Source: Stramenopiles sp. TOSAG23-3
Taxonomy: Eukaryota
Assembly (NCBI GenBank): GCA_900128585.1
Contig: LT642162.1
Span: forward strand, 1 to 51,563
Direction: 5' to 3'
DNA: 51,563 bases
Shown here: in pieces, positions 12,401 to 27,400 of the stretch
Numbering within the stretch: position 1 is the stretch's first letter
Layout of the letters: the number at the start of each line of letters is the position of its first letter
Made by a program: the position numbers and the translations under genes
The notes under the pieces: model-generated
Databases searched by the model: none
What the model saw: the letters and a program-made list of their open reading frames with translations, nothing else
What the model was told of the DNA's origin: nothing

Positions 12401-15400
12401 CAGGCAGTGTAATATTAGTTGTCCTCTCTTCTGACCGCTGTAAAATTTCGCTTCCAGTTATCTCAAACGATGTACTATTATCATTCGTCAAAATGAATTG
12501 AGTCGTATTTAAAAACGTGACACGCATTGGTTCCGACGCAATAATGCGCAATATACCAACGTTGAGGTCTAAAACAGCTGAATCTAGGGTTGGAGATACA
12601 TCATCGGGATACTCTAGTACCGTAACACCACTCATAGATGGGTTAAAATTATGGGCCATATCAAAAAATGCCCCACGTGACCCTGAAAAAAAAACTGGAG
12701 TCCCATGGCCACCTGGCGTGCCAGATCCCTTTATCAGCTGGACGCGTCTTGCCTCCGGTACTACCATGGTTATGTTAGTGGCATCAGCTGCCTCTACAGT
12801 TGCCACATCAAGCGGTACAAATAGAGCAAAACTTAAGGCGTTAAATTGAATCAGATCTACGCCCTCACCTTTGATGAAAAAATCAGAAGGCGGTGTCATA
12901 TCAATTGTTTCACTAAATGAGAACACGACTTTTCCTGTACCAAAAAACAATTGGACCAGTGTAACGACTGGTGGTGTGTGATCGGGAATCTCCCGTAGAT
13001 AGAAGTTTAAGTGTTCCGTCGCTTCATTCTTCGATATATCCCGTATTGCACCCTGGTAAAAGTCCAAAATATTTGCGTCACTATCACCTCCAGGCCCTAC
13101 AAAACGATTGCCATAATCCTCATCCTGGTCCCGTTGTAATGATTCGGCCGTTATTTGCTTCAGTCCAGTTTGGATAGCCGTTACGCGTTGTTGCTCCGTT
13201 AGCAAAATTGATATTGTAACAGCATCTGTTTGGTACACAGTTGCTCCCGCTAAACCCCCCGATAAACCTGTTTTGTCCACTATTCTTATACCCGATAAAT
13301 TTACTATGGGCTGCGGGGTTACATCTACCGTTTCATTGAAAATAAACGTTAGTACGCCAGTGTTATAATCAATAGTGGCATTTTGTAGTAACGGTTCGAA
13401 CCGATCAGGGATTTCAGAAACATTTATTCCATCTCGATTTTGAATCGCTACTAGGCCTAAATCGACCACTGCTCCCGTTTCCACATGTAAAATTTGAGAA
13501 AAATTGTCGTAGTCCGACGACATATAAAACGCTGCTACCCTGTCTTGCTCTGTCATTTGAAAATTTATCACATTTCCATCTGGAGACAATAATGCCATAT
13601 TTCCAAGTCGGTATGCATGCTCAGATAACGCACCGGCGCTTTGGGCAATGATTAGCTGGGTCATATTGAGGGATGATGCTTTCACATGCTCATCAAATGT
13701 GATCACAGTGACGCCTGTTCCAATGTCGATTACAACGGACGTTATCTCCGGGGGAACAATGTCTGCAAATTCTATCACGGTCAAATTCACCTTTCCAATC
13801 ACAGGCAGGTAAGACATATCATGGAAACTCCCTGGTAAATTGTCCAAAACGACAGCTTGCCCATCACCACCCGGCGTGCTAGCCCAATACTGCAACTGTG
13901 CCCGCTGGTGTATCGTTAACATAATTGTGACGGACGTGCGATCATTTTCTACCACTTCTGCGCCAACTAACGATACGCGCTCTGGGTTGGACAAAGTGGT
14001 GTAAGTATAATTGTCATATGCAGCGTTGAAGGTCGCATTGAGCGAAGTCCTTTGGGCCAACCATATTTTCTCTAGAACCACGTTTGATTTTGGCGTTGTG
14101 TCGATTGTTTCGCTCGTGTGTATCACAAGCATCCCATCACTATAATTGAATGACGCAGAGTCTATTGTCGGGTTGATAACATCTTCGATTTCCAATATTC
14201 CTCTGTTTAACTCGGGAACGTTCGAATTGCCAGCTACATCGAAAAACGCTCCCCGCAAAATATCAACTTTTAGCTGTGTTCCATCGCCACCTTTTACATC
14301 GGCAATACGAAGTGCAGTCACGCGCTGCAACTCTGTTAGTTTCAGGACAAGCTTGAAACCATCGTCCGACAACACGTCCGCACCATTTAATGGTAACGAT
14401 CCATCCCCAGTTTGATTCACCACTATAATACGTGATAAATTGACAAGCGATTTCGGCGTGGTGTCAAAAAACTCGTTGGAAGTGATTGTAAGTGTACCAC
14501 CACTAAAATCCAATGTTGCGTTAGTTACCAACGGGTCCGTCGTATCTCCCGTCTCTGTCACGAAGACGCCCGTTTGCAATACATTGGGATTAAATGCCAT
14601 ATCATAAACTGCAAAGGGATTCATCGTCAACGATATTGGGGCGCCGTCCCCGCCAGCAGTACCAGACATTGCAATAGCAATCACACGCTGTTGTTCTGTC
14701 ATGGTGACGTTTACAAAGGTTTTGTTTTCGACAGTAGCTACAGATCCATATAATACCAATTGAGAATTCGTTGCATTCACGACGACAAGTTTGGTAGTAT
14801 TTACCATACTTGCCGGACTTGCCATGATCGTCTCATTAAAAAACATTATTATTTCTCCATTGTTATAGTCCACTGTGGCATTAAAGAGAAATGGCGTGCC
14901 GGTGTCAGCATGTTCGATAAGCACGACGTCAAATGCCGAGTTATTGTTGCCCGCCAAATCTACACATGCGCTTGCCTCTGTGTGCAAATGCGCCGCGACA
15001 CCGTCGCCCCCGGGGGTTTCTGAGCGAACTATCGCCAATACTCTCTGCGCTTCAGTTAACACGACTGAAATAGTAACACTGTCGTCAGCGAACTCTTTTG
15101 CCCCTTGAATAAGGATATCCCCGCCATATGCGTCATTGGTTATAAACATTTTCCCGAAATTTGTCAGCGTTATTGGTGTCATATCAATGGTCTCATTAAA
15201 CGTCATGGTCACGACACCAGTTGTCAGCGCCACTGTGGCGCTTATCAAAATAGGCTCCCCGACGTCTGGCGATTCGGACAAGGTCAAAGCGGCAACAAAA
15301 ATGTCATTTCCAGCCATATCTTTGATGGCAGAGTCTTCCAAGTTCAGCACTGCTGCAAGCCCGTCGCCACCCGATGTGGCAGAAATTTCGACCGCTCGTG

Positions 15401-18400
15401 CCCGCATCGCTTCCTTCAATAATACGGTTATGGAGGGGAGATTATCCTGCACAACGGTTGCCCCAAGCAAAGTAAACTCGGCGATTGAACTGCTATTGCT
15501 AAAGAACGCCGCCGAGAAGTTTAATGTACTAAATCGGAGTGTCTCCGTATTTTCAAAAACTAGCACGCCATCGGTCAGTCGAACAGACGCTACTAGCGCG
15601 CTGGGCCTGGTAGTATCGGAAACTTCTTCCAAAGCCAGGTTCACAGTTTCAACATTTAAATTCGTTGCAACATCCCTGCACGCTCCTACTTCTAAATCAA
15701 TTTTAGTTGCTGTTCCAGCAGTATGGACACCTCCAGGGGTTGCGGAGAATGATAGGGCCGTGACACGTTCTGCTTCACTAAGTCTGATCTGAAGCAACGT
15801 TTGCGTATCGTTTGAAATCGTCAGGGAGTTCGCTAACGGCACAAACGTCCCCGCATTTCCATGGCTGTTGCCCGCAGGACTGTTATCGACTAGAACGAAC
15901 TTACTCAGATCCACAAAATTCCTTGGAGTTGTGTCCACCGTTTCACTGAAGTTCAGTGTTAGCATGCCATCGTTATAATCAATAAGCCCTGAGACTAACT
16001 GCGGTCGAGTGGTGTCGGCTGTTTCATTTACAACAATATTCAAATTGGCTTCATTTAAGTTTGTCGCAATATCTCGGACAGCCCCAGCAAGCACGTCGAG
16101 CACCACCGCGCTTCCATCACCTCCTTGGGTCCCAGACAAAACTATAAGCTCGACTCTATCTAACTCTGCCAAGCGTAGGGTAAAATTGAAGTGGTCGATT
16201 ATTGACTCTTTTATGCAGTTCTGCAGCACAATATTGGCATCACCTGACCTATTGACCAGCTTAATGAGGGTCAAATTAATCAAAGCGAGCGGCGTAATGT
16301 CGACTGGCTCTGAAAAATGTATTGCCAATAACCCATCGTTGTAATCCAAATCAGCGTGTAAGGTCACAATTGGTGTCACATCCTCCAGCTCTTCAATTGC
16401 CAAAATTTGACTGTTTAGGTTGTAGTTTAACGCAATGTCTGACAAAACAGCATTTGCATGCAGTTTTAAAGGCGTTCCGTCAAGAAACGAGGAGTTGGCT
16501 ATCGCAGCCACCCGTTCAAATGGCCCCAAGGTAATATTTACTGACGTTGCATCGCTTGTCGACAGCAGGTTCGAATTTGCTAACGAAAACAGCACCACGT
16601 CGGATCCAGTAGCGCTATCAACTAATGAAATATCGTTTATATGAACCCTTGTGGCCGGCGTAATGTCAATGGTTTCTGAGCAAAAGAGAGAAAGGACCCC
16701 ACTGTCTAAATCTAAGATTACCCTGTCAATGGTAGGGACCCGTGTATCATTTATCTCTTTGACAAAAACGTTAGAAGAGTTTATATTCAGGTTGTTTGAC
16801 AGATCTGAAACAGCATGCTCTAGAACGGTAAGTTTGAGGGCCGTTCCGTCCCCGCCTGGTGTCCCTGATGCTTGGATACATCGTACACGCTGAGTCTCCG
16901 TAAGCACAAGCGCCAACGTATTGTTGTTACCCGCCTCTACCGTTGCGCCTGTTAGTGATAAAGGACTCATGTCCCCATCAATGCCTGAATTGGTATCAAT
17001 CATAAACACACGCGCAAGGTTTAAGTTGGTGCTAGGGGTATTATCTAAAAACTCAGAGCCGTATAGTATCAATCTGCCCGTATTGAAGTCAATTTCAGAA
17101 GAAATTATGGACGGTTTAACAGCATCTGCCAATTCGATAACATTTAAATTTTGTGTGATAGGGATAGAATTCAACCCAATGTCTTTTATAGCGTCTGTAA
17201 TGCCCCGAAAAAGAATTCCCCCTCCATCCCCATTGGGAGCCATGGCCGATGCGTAGAGCGCCGTGACACGTTGGCGTTCCGTCAGTTGGATAGAAATGGT
17301 AGTGGACCTTGTTACACTAGCGGTTGCGCTTACTGTGATTCGTTCTGTAGCAACGAATTTTCTTGTATCGATCGAAGACAGGACAATGTCTCCACTACTG
17401 ACAGTGTTCTCTAAAAACAATTTGGATAGATCAACATATGAAACCGATTTAATAACTTCGCTCATGAATATTTCTAGCAACCCCGTTCCATAATTTAAGG
17501 ACACATTCAAAACAGTTGGTATAACCAAATCATCAAATTCTGTTAGGACAATTGTTGTTGTTTGCAGATCGTTAAGCGCTATGTCATGCACAGCAGAAGC
17601 ATTAACACGAATTTGCAAAGCTGACCCGACGCCACCAGTAGAGCCCGAATATATGTGTGCTGACGCCCGCTGTGCTTCCGTGAGATGTACGGTAACCAAC
17701 GTACGGTCGTTCCCATCCACGCCCGCTCCAGATAGATCTGGTACCATGACACTGCCGTTTTGCTGTAGGATTGACATAAGTGTCAATTGGACACGTGTTG
17801 TCGGACTAACGTCTATAGTTTCCGAAAAGTTCAGAATGAGCGTGCCCGTGCTATAATTTAAATAACTTTCACCATTTAAAAGAGGCAATGTTGTGTCTGC
17901 GGTTTCACGAACGGTTAAATTTATGTGCGGTTTATTCGGATTCAACCCTATATCGAACAACCCGCCTTCCGATACGCTAGCGAGTACGGCGGTCGTGTCT
18001 CCACCAGGCGTCCCAGAGTTAGCAATGGCTGCTACTCGCTGGACTTCCGACAAAAATACAGTGACAGGCGCGTTGGCGACCCCTTGGTCCGGCATGACGG
18101 GGTTACCACTAAGAGAAAACCTCATGCCATCATCGTGGATATCAATTATTGAAAGGTTTGTCAGGCCTGCGAGCAGTGTTTCACTCCCTTGTAACAACAC
18201 CTCGCCATTGTTATAGTCCACACTCACATTTACAACCCGCGGTGCGAGAATATCTGCAAATGTAACCAACTGCACATTGTCGACTTCAATGTTAAAATTT
18301 TCAGCGACATCGCGCAATCCGCTACCATACAATTTAATTTTAGGCACGTTACTGCCCCCCGGCTCTGCTGAAAATCTAATGGCATCCACACGTTCTTGCT

Positions 18401-21400
18401 CCGATATTTGAAATGTTATTGTGGTGTCATCACTTCCAGATATAGTGGCGGCACTAAACTTCACACCTGGAGCACCGCCGTTGGTTCCCCGAATCTCCAC
18501 TTTGGACCCATCAAAATTAGAAGAGGGGGAAATATCAATGGTTTCTGACGCATCTAGCTCTACAATCCCATCTGTAAAATTTAAACGAAGTTTCTGAGGG
18601 ACAGGTCTTACAATATCGGGGGACTCCTCTAATACAAGTGAAGCAAAGGGGTTATCCACTAGCCCAATGTCAGTGAACGCCCCGCTCAAAACATGAATTA
18701 GAGCAGCTACCGAGTCACCACCACTGGTGCCAGAGATTTGAATCGCAGACGCTCGCTGAAGCTCTGTCAATATAACTGAGATAATAGTACTGTCCTGCTG
18801 GGTTACCTCTGCGCCCGTAAGGATTATACCGTTTTCATCTGAGTTGTTCTTTATCTTGAGACGGTTAAGAATTATTCTATCCTTGGGCGTTATATCAATA
18901 ATGTCAGACGTATTGATAAGCATTAAGCCCGTCGAGTAATTAACAGAAACATCCAAAACAGCCGGCGGAATAGTGTCCGGAATCTCGTTTAAATATAAGT
19001 TTGGAGTATCAACGATAGGATTTTGTGCAATATCAATGAGGGCACCTGCTTCAAGATCAAGAACCAGAGTGGCACCATCCCCTCCAGGTGTGCCAGACAT
19101 CGCAATTGCCGAAGCACGCTGATCAATATCCAAGACCAATGTTATCAAGAGACCATCCGTAGTAATAATGTTTGCCCCAGACAGCACCAAATCTTTCGAC
19201 CCAGTTGTATTGGAGAGAAAGATTTTTCCCAAATTAACATTTCCCGCCGGGGTCATGTCAATTGTTTCGCTGCATGATATGATCATCACACCGTCACTGA
19301 AATTTAACGTTGCATTAAAAACAACAGGTATAATTGAATCTCGGTATTCTGTTATGCTGACTCCAAGGATTTCACTTAAACTGTTTGTCCCTATATCTTG
19401 TAAAGCACCTGTATCGAAGTCCATAACGGCTGCACCCGCGTCTCCCCCTGGGGTGGCAGATATTGCAATGCCTTGGACACGTTGTAATTCTGTAAGCACG
19501 ATAGTAATTACTTTATCCTGCCCAGTCAAGGGAGAGGACCCCAACAATGAAATATCCCTTTGGGATGATGCATCGGACAGAAAAAGCTTCGAAATGTTAA
19601 CCAACGATGAAGGGTTCGCATCGAGAGTTTCATTGGCACGTATTTTCAATTCCCCCGTGCTATAATTGAGTTCCACGAGCTGTATAACTGGCCTGCCGTT
19701 ATCTGCAAATTCTGTTAAATCAACTCCCTGAAAATTACGGGGCAAAACGTTGGTTCCAATGTCCCGAATTGAAGCGGCCAAAAACGTCATCGATTGCTTG
19801 CCACCATCGCCACCCGGTGTACCCGACGCTTCGATGGCACCCACCCTAGTCACTTCAGGCATTATCAATGTGATAGTCTCTTGGTCCGATGCTATAACGT
19901 CTGCACCTGACATGGTAATACCGTTACTACTACCATCGTTTGTAAGAAATATATCTTGTAAAACGACAAGAGACTTTGGAGTAGTGTCTATCGTTTCATT
20001 TGCGAAAATAATTATTGTCCCACTCGTAAAAAACACTTCAGCAGATAATACACCAGGGTTTATACTGTCTTTAGTTTCAATAAGCGACAGAACAAATTCG
20101 TCGCTATTCTCGTTTTGTGCTATGTCCCGTACCGTTGATGGTCTAACGCGTAGTATTGCACGAACTCCGTCGCCTCCTGGAGTACCAGATAACGCAATTG
20201 CAAGAACGCGCTGTGTCTCGAGTAATTCAATAGTTATACTTTCTGCATCAACGCCCGTAACGCTAGCGCCTGTCAACACTATCGATTGGTCATTTGTAAC
20301 ATTTTCAATGAAACAATTACCTAGGTTGAGCAGTGTGTTTGGTGTTAAATCCAGGGTTTCGCTTGACTCCACGATAATAATACCAGTACCGTAATTAATA
20401 TTTGCAGTCAACAATCGTGGATTTTCGATATCTGGAATCTCCTCCACTGCTAGGTTAGCATTTAAATTGACGAAGTTTTCCCCGTAATCTTGAAACGCAC
20501 CGTTGTACACAGTGCTAAAAATGCCTTCGCCATCACCGCCAGGGGTAGCAGAAGCTTCAATCGCCTTCACTCGTTGTGACTCGGTGAGCATTATTGTTGC
20601 CAAGTAGCTGTCTCCCGGCATAACATCTGCCCCAGACAATATAACCTCGTGGCTGCCCGTTGTTTTGTTCATAAAAGCGACCAATGACACATTCAGTGAC
20701 CCAACGTCAACAATTTCAGAAATGTTCAACACCATTTTCCCGTTGGTCATGTTGAGCGTAATTGTCCGCACGAATGGGTCCACCACATCGGCATATTGTG
20801 CAATTGTACTTGTTTTGGCTACGACACCATTTCCGGCCATATCGACAACGGCATTTTGGTTAATATTCAAAAACAAACTAACTCCGTCTCCACCTCGCTG
20901 ATCTGAGCGTCGTATTGCTGTAACACGCTGAAGATCATTCAAAAGCATTTTGACGGACTTGTCTCTATTATTCTCTTCGGTGACAATAGCACCAGTAAGA
21001 AGGAGATCTGAAAGAACTGAGGTGCGATTCGGAAGAGCCATATCGACAAGTTTAACTAAGCTGGAAGGCGTCGTTCGAATTGTTTCCGAAAAATATAGCA
21101 GCATAAAACCCGTTGAGAGGTTCAAGGAGCCAGATACAAACGTTGGTTTTATTTCGTCTGCGGTCTCATCGAGTGAAAAGCTTTGTGATTGTAAAATGTG
21201 ATTCTGAGCAATATCCTTAAATGTGACTGGATCGATGTTGACAAACGCTGGATCTCCGTCGCCACCTGGTGTGCCTGATATTGATAATGCCGCAATCCGC
21301 GCGACCTCATCAAGTTGAATTGTAATAAACAATGCATCGAGTGGGGTCACCTGGAGCCCAGTCAAAGAAATGTTTTTATACGCCGACGAATCCCCTATAT

Positions 21401-24400
21401 ATATACGAGCAACATCTACATTCGACACAGGTGTGGTGTCTATAGTTTCGGTTGTGTTAATTATAAGTACACCGGTACCATAGTCAATTGAGGCTGATAA
21501 ACCTAGTGGAGGAACCGTGTCCCCAATCTCTATTACATGCAATGCCAAGATTTCTTCCACCCCGTTTAATCCAATATCGTGATAGGCTTTCCTTTCTAGG
21601 GACAATGTAACGGGAATGGAATCTCCGCCGTTAGTACCTGAGTTCTCGATCGATGCCACTCGTTCAGGTTCACTCATACGAAATGTAAAGTTTAAACCAT
21701 CCACAACGGACACAAGCTCAGAATCGGTTAACGGGATTTTTTTATCTCCGGTCACATTACTGACAAAGATATGCGAAAAATTAACTCGATTGCTTGGGGT
21801 AACATCAATTGTTTCAGAATTTGCTATCGTGATAACTCCAGTAGAGTAGTTAACAGTGGCCAAGTGTGCCCTTGGAATTATTGTGTCAGGAATTTCCTGC
21901 AAAGTGAGGCTTTGGTTGACACTGTTTTTTGTTGTGCCAATATCTTGAAATGCTCCCGCGTACACGGTCAATACCGCAGCCACAGTATCGCTGTATAGAG
22001 AGTCAACCCCTGCAAAAGCAAGTGTTTTAACTCTCTCAGATTCTGACAGTTGCAAAGTAATTATTGATGAATCCGATCCAATTATAGTGCTAGATGACAA
22101 AGAGAGCACATTGGAAGATGGGTTAACTTCACCAGTGCTATTAGCTAATTCCAAATTATCCAAGTTCAGGTTTGATGTTGGAGAGAGATCCACAAATTCG
22201 CTAACATTTACTTTCAATACCCCGGTACTATAATTCATCTGAGCGGACAAAACCACCGGTGGGGTGGTGTCTGGAATCTCGTTGATAGAAATATCAAATT
22301 TCTGGAACGCATTCAACCGTCCAACATCTTGCACGAACCCTTCATAGGCATCTAAGACGATAGCACCTCCATTCCCCCCAGGTGTACCTGAAATTGCAAT
22401 ACTACGCACACGTTGGAGTTCGGTGAGCATTATTGTAATCATAGTCCCATCCACATTTATCATTGATGAAGCGCCCAAACTAACATTAAAAAAGGTCGTT
22501 TGATCAGAAATATACGCCAACGACAAATTGAATCCAGAGGCGGTGGGCGCATTGTCGACGTCTAAAGTCTCGCTTGCATTCAACGTAAGTTTACCATTGT
22601 TGTAATCAATCTCTCCAGACCCCAGGGTCGGCCTGCGACTGTCAGCCACCTCCGTAAGACTTGTCGCTGTTAAGCTAGAAATTCTATTCCCTCCTGTAAT
22701 GTCTGTAAGCGAGCCTGGAAACGTGTCCAGTATAGTTGCACCGCCATTACCACCTTGCACAGCCGACAGCGCGATGGCTTTTGCGCGTTGTAATTCCGTT
22801 AGTATAAGGGTTAGGACTTCCCCGTCTTTAGAAACTATCCCGGCTCCATTAAGTCGGACCGCCCTGTCTTGCGATATATCCGCTAGATCAATAAGTGATA
22901 GGTTCACTAAACTTATCGGCGTAGAGTCAATGTACTCGTCTGCTTTTATTCGCAAAACGCCGTCTGTGTAATTAATAGAGCCTGATTCGATTTTTGGCGG
23001 TATGTTATCAGGCTCTTCGAACGCTGTGAAATTTTCCACAAGATTGGAAGGGTTCAAGCCAACATCTAAAAATGCCCCATGTTCGAAGTCAATCCTAACG
23101 GCTGTTCCATCACCTCCCGGTACACCCGAAACATACAATAAGGGTATTCGTTGAGTTTCTAACAAATTTATGGTTGCCTTCAGAGCATTGTACTCATTCA
23201 CGGACGCTCCAGTAAGACGAATGCCAGGATCCGAGTCGTCGTTACGAATTACAATTTTTGAAAAATTTACGTGCTGCTGCGAACTTAACAACAATGTCTC
23301 TGATGCCGTGAGGACTAGGGTCCCCAACCCAAACTTCAAGGTTGCATTTGTAATTGATGGCGCCACACTGTCCAGGGTTTCATTGACAATAACAGTACTT
23401 GCATTCACATTTTTCAATTGCCCTATATCCGTGAACGAAGCAATCTCGCTTTCAACAAATACAGCATCTCCGTCTCCACCTGGGGTACCCGACATCAATA
23501 TTGCTGCTACACGCTGCTCCTCTGTAAGTTCAACAACAACGTATTCCATATCGTAGCCATTGGCAATCACCGTCGAGCCATGAAGTGACACATTCTGGGA
23601 CCCAATACTTTCGGATAAATAAAACTTGCTGATATTGAATTTTGCCACTGTAAATGGGGACAGATCCAACGTTTCAGTTGCCCTAATTGTTAAATAACCA
23701 TGCGATAAAGCAATGCTGGCGGAATAAAGACTGGGCGGAACAGAATCGGCAATTTCTGTCAGGTTCACAAATTCAATAATGCTGTTCTTTACCTGAGCAA
23801 CATCGTGAATACAAGACGGAAAGAGCTTCATCACCGTCCCACTATAATCCCCGCCAGGCGTCTTTGATTTATACAAAATATTTGTGCGCTGTGATTCTGT
23901 CAAGTGCAAAGTTACATGGAAACTGTCTGCGCCAGATGCATAAGCCCCAACTAACCTACTGCCATTCAGTGCTAAGGATGCGGACGCATTCAAAACGGAT
24001 ACCTTTGAAGAGTCAACGTTGGAAGCAGGTGTAACATCGATCGTTTCTGACATCTCAAAGATAAGTGTGTACAATCCTAAATCGACTACTGCAGAGACGA
24101 GCGTCGGGGGGATTGTATCTGGGATTTCTGTCACCGATATACCACCGTTAAAGGCCAGTGGATTTTTGCCAATGTCGAACATTGATCCAATATCAGCATC
24201 CACTACGGATGCAATGTCATCCCCCCCTGGCTGCGCGGACATTTCTATTGCTGAAACCCTTTGCGACTCTGTAATCTTCAGTGTTATAATAGATGCATCA
24301 GATGCGGTGATAGTAGCCCCCAATAGGGGTACCGTTCGCGCTCCTGTGGCGTTGGAAATATATACCCCAGACGCATTAATAAGAGAACTTGGCGTGGAAT

Positions 24401-27400
24401 CAATCGTTTCGGACGCGAACAGCTTTAATATCCCCGTACCTAAATTAATTTCGGCAGACTCAAGAAATGGTATAATGGAGTCTGGTACTTCATGTACATT
24501 CACCGAAGCCCCTGCTGTATTCAAATTCAACGCAACATCTGTTACTTGCGATGCGTCAATATCTAATACAGTGGGGTAGCCGTCACCACCGGGAGTCCCA
24601 GAAATTGCGATGACTGTCACCCGTTGCAGCTCCGTTAATTGTATAGTAAAATTGGTGGTACTGCCGTGACTTCCCAGTATTTTAGCTCCTGTTAGTGCGA
24701 TGTCACTCTCCCCAGTACGGTTCACAACTCTCATGCCATTAACCGATACTGTTGAATTTAATATCGTTTCACTAGCCTGTATTACTAACACACCGTCTCC
24801 TAGACTTAAAAATGCCCCTTTAATAATTCTAGGGGGTATTGTGTCCGCCGTTTCGTTCAGCGGTAAACCAAACGTATCGGCATTGTCATTTTGTGCAATA
24901 TCCTGCAAACCTCCAGCCTCTACATCCAACAATAGCGAAGAACTATCACCCCCAGGGGTACCGGACAACTGAATTGCTCGGGCACGACGCACCTCATCCT
25001 GTAAGATCAGTGTTATTGATGTTTCATCGTCAGCGACTATTGTGGACCCGGCCATGCTAATGTCTTTTCCACCACTGGTTCTGGACAAAAAGAATTTACT
25101 TGTGTCTACCTGGGTAGTGGGTGTTGAGTCTATCGTTTCACTTGACACTATAACCACAGTGCCTGTACTATAATTGACTCTGGAGCTTAGCACAGCTGGC
25201 AAAATAGCATCCGCAGTCTCAGAGACTGTTATGCCTGTAGTTTCATCTGCTAGATTTGTCCCGACATCTCCTACTGCTCCAGCATCAAAGTCAGCAACAA
25301 CGGCACTGTTATCACCCCCTGGGGTTCCAGACTTGGCTATTGCTAGTACTCTTTGTAACTCGGTCAGTTGAATAGTAACAGTGTATGATGGAGTGCTATC
25401 AATTGCGGGCCCTAAAACTTGTGCACCCTCCAGGTTTATTTCCTTCAGCCCGTCACTATTTGAGAGATAAATCCTGCTAACATTCACAAGATCACTTCTC
25501 ATTGTCTCGTCAGCCGTAATTGTCAAGACGCCAGTACCATATGCGACCGCGCAGGACAGAATTGTGGGTGTTTTCGTGTCCTCTATCTCGGTCACAGTCA
25601 CGTTGCTTTGCGCAGGGTTGGCATTTCCAGCAATATCTTGGATTGCTGCAGTGCTTGGATCCATGACTACCCCAGATTTTGAATACAGACCCCCTCGCAT
25701 TCCTGAGATACGCAATGTTTTTGCACGTACCGTCTCTGTTAACTTCATTGTCACTGTCGTGGCGTCCAATGCGGTTACCGTGGCCGCGGTAAGAGCGTAG
25801 CTAAGACCATCGGCGTGTTTGAATTGTAATTGTGATGGGTCTACTAGCGTTGATGGGGTGGAATCGATCGTCTCGCTAACATTAAGAATAACAATCCCAG
25901 TAGAAAAATTTATGCTTGCTGAAAGAACTATTGGTACAGTCGTGTCAGGCACTTCTGTTATTCCCCCCGTAAATATTGACTGCATTCTCAACCCAGCCAT
26001 GTCTACCAACGCTTTATTTTGCACTTTAAGAAACAATGCGGTTTCGTCGCCTCCAGGTGTGGCAGACTTTTCTATTGCATGAACTCGCTGTTCTTCATTT
26101 AATGTTACGACGAGTGTTTTTGTTTCTGATGCAACTACATGTTTTGCACCAGTCAAAGAAACAAAATTATCGCCAGTGATGTTTTCTATATATATACGCC
26201 CTAAATCCACCAAGGAAGTTGGGTTGGCGTCAATGGTTTCGTCGGCATTAATGGTAAGGGTGCCTGTATTCAAGTCTAAGTTTACAGATCCAATAACATT
26301 TGGTGGCACTACGTCCGGGCTTTCTGTGATCTGTAGACCGTGCTGCTCGTCCATTTCATTTCTAGCAATATCAGCTATTGTGGCGGAGTCGAAATCTATA
26401 AACAATCCCGAACCATCGCCACCAGGCTGGCCTGATATTGCTAGGGCCATTATGCGTTGTTCTTCCTGCAATTGAATCGTAACAACACTACCTTCGTTAT
26501 CGTTCCCGTTCACAAAAATAGATTTTGCATGAGTACCAGTTGTAGCAAGCGAAATAAAATCATGATCCCGGCTATGATAAAATGTGCCCTTGCCAGATGA
26601 ATGTGTCCCCGATACGTTGGCAATATTAATTCTGTTTAAGTGTAACTCTCCCGCCACTGGCGCCCCAATGCGCGCGTCAAAATTAACAATTTCAGAAAAC
26701 GTCAGAATCATTAGCCCAGTGCTAAAATTTAAAGAACAAGTTAAAACGGTAGGTGCCTGAACATCAGCAGTCTCATTAAATGTGTCTATGATTAAGCTAC
26801 CAGCTTTGTTAAATTTATTTCCAGAAAGGTCCAGAAACGAAGTGTTTCCATAAATTCGTAAAACGGCAGCAGTGCTAAACCCAGAAGTTCCGGATAATTT
26901 TATGGCGGCAGATCGTTGCTCTTCGGTCAATTTGAACCGAACTATGGTTGCGTCAGTTGTAGTCATCGTATTTACAGTTAATCGAACCCCACTCGCTAAT
27001 GATGAAGAAGACGTTTCAAGCACGTATACACTGCCAGGTGTAACAGAGGCGTGGTCCACGTCAATGGTTTCAGAAAATGAGAGAGAAATCACACCCGTAC
27101 CATAATCAATATTCTGAACACCACTTAATCCCGGAGACCGTTGATCTTCAATTTCTGTCACTGTAATATTTTGCCTTTCGTTGAATACAACACCTATGTC
27201 GTGAAATGCTCCACTATTTGCAACAGTATTTATGGCCGACCCATCCCCGCCAGGAGTGTTCGACCCACGAACAGCGTGCACGCGTTGCTCTTCCGTGATA
27301 ATAATTGTGAATGTCAGTCCGTCAGCACTAGCCAATGTTGACGCACCTTCAAGAGACACAATGGTATCCGCGCCATGCTCAGAGAAAGCAAACGCAGATA